Shown here piece after piece: positions 28,516-38,336 of a stretch of DNA of 64,000 bases; the first letter of the stretch is position 1; every line of letters begins with the position of its first letter. The stretch lies in NCBI GenBank assembly GCA_015061815.1, contig SUVW01000008.1:11514-75513 (forward strand). The letters are read 5' to 3'. Position numbers and translations under genes: made by a program. This DNA is from Lentisphaerota bacterium. Lineage in GTDB: Bacteria > Verrucomicrobiota > Lentisphaeria > Victivallales > Victivallaceae. The notes beneath the pieces were generated by a model. That model ran no database searches. It saw only the letters and a list, made by a program, of their open reading frames with translations, and was not told the origin of the DNA.

Positions 28516-29850
28516 TTAAAAACCGATTTTTTCTTCCAGACAGGCACGCAGCTGGGAGATATTGACCCGTTCCTGCTGCATGGTGTCACGATCACGGATG
28601 GTCACAGCATTGTCGTTTTCGGTATCAAAGTCAAAGGTCACGCAGAATGGAGTTCCGATCTCATCCTGACGCCGGTAACGTTTGCCGATACTGCCGGTCT
28701 CATCATATTCACAACGGAAGTGACGGTCAAGGTCCTTATAAAGTTTATAAGCATTCTCTTTGAGTTTTTTACTCTGGGGCAGCACCGCCACCTGAATCGG
28801 AGCAACCAGCGGCGGCAGATGCAGAACAACCCGGACATCTTCATCCATTCCGGCTTTCTGGGTGGCCGCGCTCTCCTCATCATAAGCCATGCTCAACAAA
28901 GCCAGGAAGGTACGGTCAAGACCGACACTGGTTTCCACACAAGTCGGCATGATCTTGCGCTGGTTGTCATGATCGACATAACTCAAATCCTGACCGGAGA
29001 ATTTACTGTGTTGACTCAAATCCCAGACTCCGCGATGGTGGATACCCTCCAGCTCACCCCAGCCGAACGGGAACTTGACTTCGATATCGACTGCCGCCTT
29101 GGCATAGTGTGCAAGCTTTTCATGCTCATAAATACGCATGCGGTCTTCCGGGAAACCCAGCTTCTCACGGTAATATTTTATGCGCTGTTCTTTCCAGTAT
29201 TCGAACCACTCCATGCTCCCCTCGTCCTCGCAGAAGAACTCCATTTCCATCTGGGTGAATTCCCGGCTGCGGAAGGTGAAATTGCGCGGATTGATCTCGT
29301 TGCGGAAAGCTTTGCCGATCTGGGCGATACCGAAAGGAAGTTTCTGCCGGGCGGCGATTCGGACACTGTGGAAATCCACAAAAATCGGCTGACAGGTTTC
29401 GGCCCGCAGATAAGCGACATGTTCATCATCGAAAACCGGACCGACAAAAGTTTTCATCATCAGATTGAATTCTTTGGGCTCGGTAAGATTTTTGGATTTG
29501 CAATTCGGACAGGTCGTGGGATCTTCCATCTGATCCACCCGGTGACGGGCTTTGCAGTCTTTACAGTCGGTCATCAGGTCGCTGAACTGGTCAAGGTGAC
29601 CGGAAGCCTTCCAAACTGTCGGATTGCAGATGATCGTGGAATCCAACCCCTCGACATTGTCCCGGGTCTCCACCATTTCATGCCACCAGAGATTCTCGAT
29701 GGCCCGTTTCATCCGGGAACCGTACGGACCATAATCCCAAAAACCGTTGAATCCGCCATAGATCTCTGAACTGGGAAAAATAAATCCCCGCCGTTTGCAC
29801 AAGCTGACAATTTTATCCATCAACTGCAAATCTTTGCAATCATCCGACAT
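28516..29850 (-). CDS. glyQS: glycine--tRNA ligase (dimeric class II type)
   Basis: Start trimmed to MSDDCKDLQLMDKIVSLCKRRGFIFPSSEIYGG (GGAGGA lies 5 nt upstream). Class II motifs and an anticodon-binding C-terminus are present. Confidence 0.9.
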   Translation of the reverse strand: MSDDCKDLQLMDKIVSLCKRRGFIFPSSEIYGGFNGFWDYGPYGSRMKRAIENLWWHEMVETRDNVEGLDSTIICNPTVWKASGHLDQFSDLMTDCKDCKARHRVDQMEDPTTCPNCKSKNLTEPKEFNLMMKTFVGPVFDDEHVAYLRAETCQPIFVDFHSVRIAARQKLPFGIAQIGKAFRNEINPRNFTFRSREFTQMEMEFFCEDEGSMEWFEYWKEQRIKYYREKLGFPEDRMRIYEHEKLAHYAKAAVDIEVKFPFGWGELEGIHHRGVWDLSQHSKFSGQDLSYVDHDNQRKIMPTCVETSVGLDRTFLALLSMAYDEESAATQKAGMDEDVRVVLHLPPLVAPIQVAVLPQSKKLKENAYKLYKDLDRHFRCEYDETGSIGKRYRRQDEIGTPFCVTFDFDTENDNAVTIRDRDTMQQERVNISQLRACLEEKIGF

Positions 29851-30118
29851 GATATCCTCCATTTCTGTTGTTAAAAGAGATAATTTCAAAAATAAAAAAA
29901 CTGAAAAATCATCGCCATTCAGATTGACGCGGTATTTTTCCCCGGTTTCGCTTAAAAGCTGCGCCGGGAACGGGGCTGTATAGAATCCCCCGAATACTCT
30001 GCGGCAAGTAATGCGGCGATGAATTCCAAGAGTTTTCAAAAACTTTTGAAATTGCCTCAAAAATATACAATATTCTATATAATATATACCATGTTCGCAG
30101 ATTTTACAATCTTTCCGG

Positions 30119-30147
30119 TTGTAAATCATCATTTATCGTGCTATATT
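30119..30147 (+). promoter_or_regulatory. candidate sigma-70 promoter for the 30.2-38.3 kb operon
   Basis: TTGTAA-17 nt-TATATT, about 35 nt upstream of the ATG at 30183. Motif match only. Confidence 0.35.
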
Positions 30148-30182
30148 TCTTAACAAACTGAAAAAACAGAGGATTTTTGACC

Positions 30183-31196
30183 ATGAATTTTGACAGAAAA
30201 AATATTTTAAGCAAGGTCGGCAGCATGCGTCAGGCAGCATCGATCCGGCGGGCAGTTCTGGATGACGGCAAAGGTCGCGGCATGAGAATAATCGACGTGG
30301 ATAACGGCAGCGGGTTGCGCTTCACCGTCTATCCTGACCGGGGGATGGATATCGGCGAAGCCAGCTTCTGCGGAACGCCTCTGGCATGGCTTCCTGCCGA
30401 ACCGGGAAATCCGGAAAGTTACGATCCGGCCGGGATAAACTGGCTGCGCTCATGGGGCGGCGGACTGCTTACCGGATGTGGATTGCTCAATGTCGGCGGC
30501 CCGTGTGAAGCCGGCGGCGAAGCTCACGGGCTGCACGGCAGATTATCCCATATCCCTGCTTCTCAAGTTAATTCTTCGGCAGAGTGGAGCGACGACCACA
30601 CTTACAACCTCTCGGTTTCCGGCAAAGTCAGTCAATCCCGGGTGTTCGGTGAGCATCTGCAGCTGACCAGAACGATCTCCTGCATTGCCGGGATCAACAC
30701 CATTACCATCGAAGACAGCGTGGAAAACTGCGGTTTTTCACCTCAACCATTCATGCTGTTGTATCACATGAATTTCGGTTGGCCTCTGGTCAACGAAAAC
30801 AGCTTCATTTCGGCTCCCGATCACCACGTTCTTCCCCAGGGTGAAACCGCAGCAAAAGGATTGGCACAATGGGATAAAATGTCGCCGCCGCTGCCGGGAT
30901 TCGCCGAAGAGGTGTTCTATCATGACATCCCGGTTGATGCCGATGGCATGAGTGCCATCTCTCTTATCAATCCGGATACAAAGATCCGGCTGACCGTTGC
31001 CTGCCGCAAAGCAGAATTGCCCTTTATCGTACAGTGGAAACAAATGGGGCAGCGGGAGTATGTTTTAGGCCTGGAACCGGGCAACTGCATACCGGAAAAT
31101 CAAAATGGCAACCGGGATAAAGGTCTGTTGAAAATGATCGCACCCGGTGAAAAAATCGACCATAAAGTAACGGTAACTCTTGAAAAACTGGATTGA
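30183..31196 (+). CDS. aldose 1-epimerase-like (DUF4432-type) protein
   Basis: GMDIGEASF, HGLHGRLSHIPA, and the beta-rich mutarotase-like composition and length. Confidence 0.6.
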   Translation: MNFDRKNILSKVGSMRQAASIRRAVLDDGKGRGMRIIDVDNGSGLRFTVYPDRGMDIGEASFCGTPLAWLPAEPGNPESYDPAGINWLRSWGGGLLTGCGLLNVGGPCEAGGEAHGLHGRLSHIPASQVNSSAEWSDDHTYNLSVSGKVSQSRVFGEHLQLTRTISCIAGINTITIEDSVENCGFSPQPFMLLYHMNFGWPLVNENSFISAPDHHVLPQGETAAKGLAQWDKMSPPLPGFAEEVFYHDIPVDADGMSAISLINPDTKIRLTVACRKAELPFIVQWKQMGQREYVLGLEPGNCIPENQNGNRDKGLLKMIAPGEKIDHKVTVTLEKLD

Positions 31197-31199
31197 TCC

Positions 31200-32534
31200 A
31201 TGAATAAGAGTCATCACTTTTTTATCGCGGCACTGGGATGTCCGAAAAATCTGGTGGAATCAGAGTTGATCTCCGGAGCGTTCCTCGCCGCCGGAGATAC
31301 CATCTGTTTTTCTCCGGAAGATGCCGATGTTTATATCATCAACACCTGTGCCTTTCTGCCGGAAGCCCGGGGCGAAGCAGCAGCAGAACTGACCGATGCT
31401 GCCGAGTGGAAAAAGGCTCTTCCCGGACGGAAAATCGCTGTTGCCGGATGTCTGATGAATCATCCGCAATTTCCGGAATTTGCCGAACACTTCAAAGAGG
31501 TGGATCTGTGGTGTCAGATAAATGATACCGCCAGATTGCGCGACCTGCTCTTTGATGACTCTCTTGCCCCCTCCCCCGCCGGAGAGAAATGCACATATTT
31601 ATGTAACGAATCCATGCCGAGGCTCCAATTGACTCTGCCCCATGTGGCTTATCTGAAAATTTGCGACGGCTGCAACAACCTGTGTTCCTATTGCGCCATA
31701 CCTCACTTGCGCGGACAGTTGCGGTCAAGACCACTGAAATCGATAGTTACCGAAGCTGAAACTCTTATCGGCAACGGCGTCAAAGAATTGATCGTGATCG
31801 CCCAGGATATCACAGCTTACGGCCATGATCTGGAATCCGGAGAAGATTTGGCAGACCTGTTGACGGAATTGGAAAAACTTCTCGGCAACTTCGTTATCCG
31901 GCTGCTCTATACCCATCCGGCACATTACACCGATAAACTGATAGAAGTTCTGGCCGGAAGTTCCAAAATCCTGCCATACCTTGATATGCCTCTGCAGCAC
32001 ATATCCGACCGGATACTTTCTGACATGAACCGGCACACCGACAGCAAACATATCCGGACTTTGATCTCCAAACTCCGGACGGCTATACCGGGATTGACCC
32101 TGCGCACCACCTTCATTACCGGACTGCCCGGGGAAACAGAAGAGGAGTTTGAAGAACTTTGCCGATTTGTCAAAGATTCCGGTTTTGAACGTATGGGAGT
32201 TTTTGCCTATGCCCCGGAACCGGGAACTCCGGCGGCAGAGATGCCGGGACAGATCCCGTTGGCGATCGCCGAAGAACGGGCAGAAAAATTGATGGATATC
32301 CAGCAGGAGATAATGAAACGCTCCCAACGGAAAAAAATCAACTCCTCAATGCGGGTTTTGATCGATTCCATTGATGACGGCACAGTATATGCCCGGGGAG
32401 CTGCCGATGCGCCGGATATCGATAATATCATCATGCTGGAAGCTCAAAAAGGGATGAAACCGGGAAATTTTGTCACTGTAAAAATAATCAAAACTTCCGG
32501 CAGTGATCTGGTCGCCCGGAAAACAAGAGGATGA
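31200..32534 (+). CDS. rimO: ribosomal protein S12 methylthiotransferase
   Basis: LGCPKNLVESE N-terminal domain, radical SAM CNNLCSYC, DMPLQH, and a C-terminal TRAM domain. Confidence 0.75.
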   Translation: MNKSHHFFIAALGCPKNLVESELISGAFLAAGDTICFSPEDADVYIINTCAFLPEARGEAAAELTDAAEWKKALPGRKIAVAGCLMNHPQFPEFAEHFKEVDLWCQINDTARLRDLLFDDSLAPSPAGEKCTYLCNESMPRLQLTLPHVAYLKICDGCNNLCSYCAIPHLRGQLRSRPLKSIVTEAETLIGNGVKELIVIAQDITAYGHDLESGEDLADLLTELEKLLGNFVIRLLYTHPAHYTDKLIEVLAGSSKILPYLDMPLQHISDRILSDMNRHTDSKHIRTLISKLRTAIPGLTLRTTFITGLPGETEEEFEELCRFVKDSGFERMGVFAYAPEPGTPAAEMPGQIPLAIAEERAEKLMDIQQEIMKRSQRKKINSSMRVLIDSIDDGTVYARGAADAPDIDNIIMLEAQKGMKPGNFVTVKIIKTSGSDLVARKTRG

Positions 32535-32537
32535 GTC

Positions 32538-34058
32538 ATGAGAAAAATATTCTCTTTTCTGTTGTTTTGTCTTCCTATGCTGCTGACCGCAGGCAATGCG
32601 GAATATCACGGTTCTCTCCTGGCGGCGATCGAAGAGAATAATCCCCGCATCCGGGCCGGGATGCTGATCCGGGCTCTGGAGATCCCGCATCCGGGAATAA
32701 GCAGCCGCAATGCGCTCAATCTGTTGAACAACGATTTTTCATGCGGAGCTTTTGACCGTACCCTTTTTCTGCGCATGATAAATCTCTTGAAAAAAACACC
32801 GGCAGATTACCCGCTGGCACAACTGTGCGTACATCTGGCCGGGGAACATCAGTTTTTCCCGCCGGAATATTTCACTGCAATGTACGGAGCGATCATGCAG
32901 ATCGATCGAGCAGCCCTCTCTCCGGATGATGCATTCTCCTTTATTGCGATGACCGATAATTTCTGCGACCATCTTTTTTATCATGAAAAAATCGAAGAGT
33001 GCGGCGAGTTTTTTGACCATCTCCTGCCTGAAAACAGCAAAGATCCGGATATGCTGCAAATTCTGGCCGGGATCGCTGTCAAGGGTGATTTCCGAGCCCG
33101 GGATATATTGCCCGGCCGGGAAACTCCCGGAGATACGGACAAGTGGAACTTGCGCAAACAACTGATCGCACAAGCCATCAACACCTTTGAACCGGATAAT
33201 CTCAATGATGCCTTTGATATCATCAGAGCTTCCCGGCTGATGCATCTGAAACAGACTCCGGAAAGATTGAAAAAGTTCTGCAAACGTTTCCCTTCACCGT
33301 TTTGGCATCTTATTGCCTCTGAAGTTGCTGTAAATTTCCGGCGGAAAGATGTCTTTATCCCCGCACCGGAGCAGCCGTCGGTATGGGATTTCACCTATTT
33401 GTGCGCGCTGGGAGATTTCCGGAGTGCCAAGCGGATGATCAAAAAGTTTCCTGCTGATAAGCATAATTCTCTGAAAGCGGTCATGCTGACCAAACAGGGC
33501 AAATACGATGATGTGATCAGAATGCTTGATTCTCAAACACTTGTAATCAACGACATGCATGATGCCGCATTCTATCCGGTTCTGACGGCCATCCAGATGA
33601 CACAAAATAAACACTGGGCCGGAGTACTGGCTGAACGCATAGCCCACACCTGTCAGTCCGAACCGGAAAAAGCGACACCGCAGCCTTGCAATTCCATCGG
33701 ATACGTTGCTGCTGATTTGGATACATCACTGGCAAATGCCGAAAAACTGATCACCTTTGCCTTGACCGATGATCCAAATAATTCTGCCTATCTTGACAGT
33801 ATGGCGTGGCTCTGTTTCCGCCGCAAAAAATTTGCGGATGCCGAAAAATTCATCGAAAGGGCCCTTGCCGGCCGGGATACGGATGAATCATCCGCCGTTC
33901 TGTTTTTTCATGCTGCCGAAATAAAATTGGCCGCCGGCAAAAAAAATGAAGCTGCAAAACTCTTTTTGCGGGGGAAAAGATGTTATATTCCCGGGAGCGA
34001 TCTGTGTGTGGATTATTTACCGGAACAAATCGACAATCTGGAGAAACTTTTACGATGA
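32538..34058 (+). CDS. exported helical-repeat (TPR-like) protein, unknown function
   Basis: Signal peptide MRKIFSFLLFCLPMLLTAGNA. The C-terminal part has TPR-like segments (AYLDSMAWLCFRRKKFADAEKFIERAL). Confidence 0.55.
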   Translation: MRKIFSFLLFCLPMLLTAGNAEYHGSLLAAIEENNPRIRAGMLIRALEIPHPGISSRNALNLLNNDFSCGAFDRTLFLRMINLLKKTPADYPLAQLCVHLAGEHQFFPPEYFTAMYGAIMQIDRAALSPDDAFSFIAMTDNFCDHLFYHEKIEECGEFFDHLLPENSKDPDMLQILAGIAVKGDFRARDILPGRETPGDTDKWNLRKQLIAQAINTFEPDNLNDAFDIIRASRLMHLKQTPERLKKFCKRFPSPFWHLIASEVAVNFRRKDVFIPAPEQPSVWDFTYLCALGDFRSAKRMIKKFPADKHNSLKAVMLTKQGKYDDVIRMLDSQTLVINDMHDAAFYPVLTAIQMTQNKHWAGVLAERIAHTCQSEPEKATPQPCNSIGYVAADLDTSLANAEKLITFALTDDPNNSAYLDSMAWLCFRRKKFADAEKFIERALAGRDTDESSAVLFFHAAEIKLAAGKKNEAAKLFLRGKRCYIPGSDLCVDYLPEQIDNLEKLLR

Positions 34059-35086
34059 CACCGTTTCTTGCTGCTTCTGAACTTGCCGGTCTGCAGGATT
34101 TCTGTCAACGGCACAACTTCCCCTCATTCCGGGCCAGACAAATAGCATCGTGGCTCTATGAACACTGTGTCACCGATCCGGAGGATATGAAAAATCTGCC
34201 GGCGGCGATCCGGAGTGCGCTGAAAGAGGAGTTCCTTGCGCCGGGAACGGTGATAGCGGAAAATTCAAAATCATCCGGAGAGGTGGAAAAACTGCTGTTG
34301 CGTCTCTTTGACGGAGAATGCATTGAGATGGTCATTATTCCCAGTGAAAAACGTTTGACTTTCTGTTTGAGTACGCAGGTTGGTTGTCCGGTTGGCTGCT
34401 ACTTCTGTGCCTCCGGCAGAAACGGCCTCACCCGCAACTTGAGTGCCGGGGAGATGCTGGAGGAGTTTTGTATCGGTACCCGGCGTGCCGGACGGCCGGA
34501 TAATCTGGTTTTCATGGGCATCGGTGAAGGTCTGCTTAATTTTGAACAACTGGCAGTCACCCTCAATACGCTGGTGGATAAATTCACCTTTTCGCCCCGG
34601 AGGATCACCGTTTCCACCAGCGGTTTTGTACCCGGAATGGAAAAATTTGCCTCATTGAAACGGGAGTTCAATCTGGCGGTAAGTCTGCATGCTCCGGATG
34701 ATGAGACCCGCAGTAAACTTATTCCGCCGAAGTTGCGTTATCCGGTTGCCGAAGTGCTTCGGGCCGCCGACCGGATCGCTGAAGCCAATAACCGGCAGTA
34801 TACTTTGGAATACACATTGATCGAGGGCATAAATGATTCCCCGTCCCATGCGGAAAAACTGGGCAAACTGGCTTTTTCCCATCACGCAAAAATCAACTTG
34901 ATACCGTACAATGAAACCGGCGGTCCATTCCGGCGGCCGCAGCCGGAGGTGATCGACCGTTTTGAGAAAACCGCCGCTGATACCGGAGCAAGGATCACCC
35001 GCAGGATCGAGCGCGGGGCAAAAGGAACTGCCGCCTGCGGACAGTTACGTGCCGCCGGAAATAAAAAAATTCAGGAGAATAATTGA
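34055..35086 (+). CDS. rlmN: 23S rRNA (adenine2503-C2)-methyltransferase
   Basis: FRARQIASWLY, GCPVGCYFCASG and NLIPYN motifs. The ATG overlaps the upstream stop (ATGA). Confidence 0.9.
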   Translation: MTPFLAASELAGLQDFCQRHNFPSFRARQIASWLYEHCVTDPEDMKNLPAAIRSALKEEFLAPGTVIAENSKSSGEVEKLLLRLFDGECIEMVIIPSEKRLTFCLSTQVGCPVGCYFCASGRNGLTRNLSAGEMLEEFCIGTRRAGRPDNLVFMGIGEGLLNFEQLAVTLNTLVDKFTFSPRRITVSTSGFVPGMEKFASLKREFNLAVSLHAPDDETRSKLIPPKLRYPVAEVLRAADRIAEANNRQYTLEYTLIEGINDSPSHAEKLGKLAFSHHAKINLIPYNETGGPFRRPQPEVIDRFEKTAADTGARITRRIERGAKGTAACGQLRAAGNKKIQENN

Positions 35087-35089
35087 TTT

Positions 35090-35440
35090 ATGAGATATAT
35101 CCTTCTGTTCCTGCTCGCATTGCCGCTGCTGTTCTGCGGCTGCCGTTCGTCCCGTTCGCTGGAGCGCAGACCGCATAAAAAATCCGTTACCAAAGTTCCG
35201 GCCCGGCCGATACAGAAAAAGCGGGATCTGCCGGATGATGATCCGGTATTCAATGCGATCTTTCACCGCAAACCGCAGAAATTTGAAAATTCCACCCTCT
35301 CCGGACGGGAGCAGGAACTGCTCCGGCAGCAGGATATCAGCCGGGACCCGGCTCTCCGGAAAATACGCCGGGAACAGAAAAATTCCTCCGGCGGACAATC
35401 CGATTGGGTTTTCGGCACAAAAAACGGCTCGTACTTTTAA
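35090..35440 (+). CDS. small basic lipoprotein, unknown function
   Basis: MRYILLFLLALPLLFCGC is a lipobox-like signal. The rest is K/R/Q-rich. Confidence 0.5.
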   Translation: MRYILLFLLALPLLFCGCRSSRSLERRPHKKSVTKVPARPIQKKRDLPDDDPVFNAIFHRKPQKFENSTLSGREQELLRQQDISRDPALRKIRREQKNSSGGQSDWVFGTKNGSYF

Positions 35441-35460
35441 TCAACCGGCAGGATGAAGTT

Positions 35461-36336
35461 ATGGATACTGAATTTGATCTTTTCGATTTCGCCCGGGAAA
35501 ACAGCATCGCCCCGGAAACAGAAGCGCAAAACGATGCAAATAATATTCAAGACTGTTCTTTACTTTCAACGGATGATGGCAATAAGAACAACTGTCCGGC
35601 CGCCCCGGAATTGAGTCGGGCACAATTGCGGCAGGCCGCATTAGCTTTCATGGCCTCTTTGAGACCGGATGGTATCGCAGCCAATGTCCCAACCAGACGC
35701 AGCAAATACCGGGTCGCCGCCGCCGGATTCTGGCGGCCGGGATCAAACCGGAAAAGCAATATCGTAACCAAAACCGCACTGGTCGTAATGTATGATGATC
35801 TGGATTGCTGTTTCAGTGACTGTGCCGGCAGAGAGGAACGTATTGCCACGATCGCCGTACTGCAGGCTGAAAAGCTGGCTCTTGAGGCTGATATCCGGAA
35901 AAATGAACCGCACCTGGCCTCTACGGATGACCTTTTCGGCGAGTTCCGTTCGTGGGATTACTCCGCCTCTGCAAACAGTTGCTACCGGAAGCTTTGCCGG
36001 AAACTGGATAAAGAGTTGAAATTACTTACACAAGGCAGCAAACTGGAGTATATCCGCCGGGCGGGCAATGCGGACTTCTGCTATTTGGCCATCCCGGAAA
36101 AATTGATCGATCCGGCGGTGATCCCGCAGGAATGGGGAGTCGTGGAATTGACCGCAAACCCGCGCGGATTCAAGCAGATCCGTCCGGCACAGCAGCTGAC
36201 GGATATTTCCGAATCCGGCAGATTGCAGCTGGCGTTGAATATTGCCTGTGCCGCAGCTGTCCCGGCTTGTTTTGCTTCCGGCGTTGATCGCAACGGCAGA
36301 ATGCGCCGCCCGCCCAAAAAGCGGCACATACTTTGA
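35461..36336 (+). CDS. hypothetical cytoplasmic protein
   Basis: Start trimmed to MDTEFDLFDF (AGGA upstream). 291 aa. No family recognised. Confidence 0.55.
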   Translation: MDTEFDLFDFARENSIAPETEAQNDANNIQDCSLLSTDDGNKNNCPAAPELSRAQLRQAALAFMASLRPDGIAANVPTRRSKYRVAAAGFWRPGSNRKSNIVTKTALVVMYDDLDCCFSDCAGREERIATIAVLQAEKLALEADIRKNEPHLASTDDLFGEFRSWDYSASANSCYRKLCRKLDKELKLLTQGSKLEYIRRAGNADFCYLAIPEKLIDPAVIPQEWGVVELTANPRGFKQIRPAQQLTDISESGRLQLALNIACAAAVPACFASGVDRNGRMRRPPKKRHIL

Positions 36337-36363
36337 GTAATCGTATTGCCGGGAAAATTTATC

Positions 36364-37140
36364 ATGGATACGTTGATCAGAAAAATATCCGCCATCCTGC
36401 AAAATGGAAAGATCGAAAATTTTCGACAGGAGGCCCGCTGGATAGCGGAAGAAACAGCCGATTCTGATAATGCACTGTCTCTGGCAGAACAACGTGCTGC
36501 CGGAGTTCCATTGCAATATCTTCTGGGAACAGCTCCATTCCGTAATTTGATGCTGAAAGTTGACTCCCGTGTACTTATCCCCCGGCCGGAAACCGAATTG
36601 CTCGCTCAATGGCTGATTGACCGGGCCCCGGCCGGAGGTACGGTTCTGGACTTGGGTTGCGGCAGCGGCGCGATCGCACTGTCGGTGGCAAGCGAAAGAA
36701 AAGATTTGCACCTCACCGCTGCTGATATAAGCCGGGATGCGCTGGATGTTGCCGGAGAAAATGCGGTTTTATGCGGAATAAAAAATGTTGAATTCATCCT
36801 CTCTGATATTTTTTCCGGTTTATCCGGACGGAAATTTGATCTTATCGGCGCAAATTTGCCATACGTGACCAACGAAGAGTTCCCGGATTTGCCGGCTGAA
36901 GTCCGGGATCATGAACCGCGACTGGCTTTGACTGCCCCGGACGCCGGATTGGCCCTGATAAGGCAATGCATCAGTCAGGTTTCCGACCATCTGAATCCCG
37001 GCGGCGGCGTGATTTTTGAATTATCTCCGCCGCAGGCTGAAGAAACCGCAAAACTTTTGACCGGATACGGCCTGACAAGTGTTATCATCAAAGATCTTTG
37101 CGGGCGCAACCGTTTTGTTTCCGGAGTCCTGCCAAAATGA
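36364..37140 (+). CDS. prmC: release factor glutamine N5-methyltransferase
   Basis: PLQYLLG, VLDLGCGSGAI and the GANLPYV (NPPY-type) motif. Confidence 0.85.
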   Translation: MDTLIRKISAILQNGKIENFRQEARWIAEETADSDNALSLAEQRAAGVPLQYLLGTAPFRNLMLKVDSRVLIPRPETELLAQWLIDRAPAGGTVLDLGCGSGAIALSVASERKDLHLTAADISRDALDVAGENAVLCGIKNVEFILSDIFSGLSGRKFDLIGANLPYVTNEEFPDLPAEVRDHEPRLALTAPDAGLALIRQCISQVSDHLNPGGGVIFELSPPQAEETAKLLTGYGLTSVIIKDLCGRNRFVSGVLPK

Positions 37141-37541
37141 ACTTGGCCGAAGCCAGAAAACACCGCGCCGCACTCGGCAGAAAAGGTGAAAATGCCGCCT
37201 GTTCTTTTCTGAAAAATGAAGGTATGACTATTCTTGCCCGCAACTGGCGATGCAAGGCCGGAGAATTGGATATCGTTGCTCTTGATGGTGATGAATTGGT
37301 CTTTGCCGAAGTGAAAACCACCCGGTTCGGAAATGGTTTCAATCCGGCGCACAACCTCTCCCCGATCCAGCGTAAACGGAATTATCATGCCGCCGGAGTT
37401 TATATGCGGGTCCTGGATATAAACGGATATCCCGGACGCTTCGACCTGATAGAAGTCATCTGGAAAAACCGGTTCTCATATTTCATTCACCATCATCGTG
37501 ACTATCTGCCTCATCTGCCGCCGCGAAAGGAATTCGGATGA
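37137..37541 (+). CDS. yraN: YraN family endonuclease-like protein (UPF0102)
   Basis: GRKGENAACSFL, GELDIVA and FAEVKT motifs. ATGA overlap with prmC. Confidence 0.85.
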   Translation: MNLAEARKHRAALGRKGENAACSFLKNEGMTILARNWRCKAGELDIVALDGDELVFAEVKTTRFGNGFNPAHNLSPIQRKRNYHAAGVYMRVLDINGYPGRFDLIEVIWKNRFSYFIHHHRDYLPHLPPRKEFG

Positions 37542-38260
37542 AAAACATCTTCTCCCGATTACCCATGCTCTGCCCCGGATGCCGGGAAGAACAGATGTTG
37601 CTCACGGCGGGAAATTTCTGTCCGGATTGCCTGAAACGGCTTCACTTTTTTGATAACCGTTTCCATTGTCCCGGATGCGGCGGCGAAAACAACAGTGCCA
37701 TGACCTTATGTCCGCAATGTCTGACCGAAAAACCGCGTTTATGGAAACAGGCGGTTGCCGTATTTGCCTACCGTTCCTACGGGAAAGAATTGATACGCCG
37801 TTTCAAATTTTACAATCAACCGGAACTGGCCCGTCCGTTAGGTGTTCTGGCTGCCGGAGAGATGGCAAAACATATCTATCCTCTGCCGGATGTCATCGTC
37901 CCGATACCTCTTAATTTTTTACGCCTCTTACGCAGATCCTATAATCAAACCGCACTTCTTGCCCAAGTCGTTGCCAATATTTCCGGGATACCGGCGGCCG
38001 ACTGTCTGCGCCGGAAAATATCTTTGCGCAAACAATCGACATTGAACCGCGCCCAGCGTCACAAGGGATTGAAAAATGCTTTTTCAGTCATCTCCCCGGA
38101 TAAAATCGCCGGCAAACGGGTCCTGCTGCTCGATGATATCCTGACCACCGGAATGACTCTCCACTCGGCCGCTGCCAAACTTCTGGCCGCCGGAGCATCG
38201 GAAGTATCCATCCTCGTTATTGCCAGAACGATCAGCATCCGTAATTTTTCCGGAATGTAA
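37538..38260 (+). CDS. comF: ComF family phosphoribosyltransferase-like protein
   Basis: N-terminal CPGC..CPDC and CPGC..CPQC zinc-finger pairs. C-terminal PRT motif VLLLDDILTTGMTL. Confidence 0.8.
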   Translation: MKNIFSRLPMLCPGCREEQMLLTAGNFCPDCLKRLHFFDNRFHCPGCGGENNSAMTLCPQCLTEKPRLWKQAVAVFAYRSYGKELIRRFKFYNQPELARPLGVLAAGEMAKHIYPLPDVIVPIPLNFLRLLRRSYNQTALLAQVVANISGIPAADCLRRKISLRKQSTLNRAQRHKGLKNAFSVISPDKIAGKRVLLLDDILTTGMTLHSAAAKLLAAGASEVSILVIARTISIRNFSGM

Positions 38261-38336
38261 ATATTCCATGCCATAAAAAAACAACCGGCAAAGCAAGATC
38301 GATCCGCTTCGCCGGTTATTTTTACAGACAATTTTA

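Noticed and set aside
29851-30118. A possible T-box or other riboswitch in the long region upstream of glyQS. An 8-bp palindrome TTTCAAAA-AC-TTTTGAAA lies at about 30035-30052.
   Set aside because: I could not find the conserved T-box sequence, a specifier-loop architecture or a terminator/antiterminator pair. The palindrome is AT-only and lies in a divergent promoter region.
35461-36336. Possible PD-(D/E)xK or MmcB-like nuclease identity for the 291-aa unknown protein.
   Set aside because: I could not locate a D...(D/E)xK catalytic signature. The resemblance was only a vague pattern (..ADFCYLAIPEKLI..). The protein is left as hypothetical.
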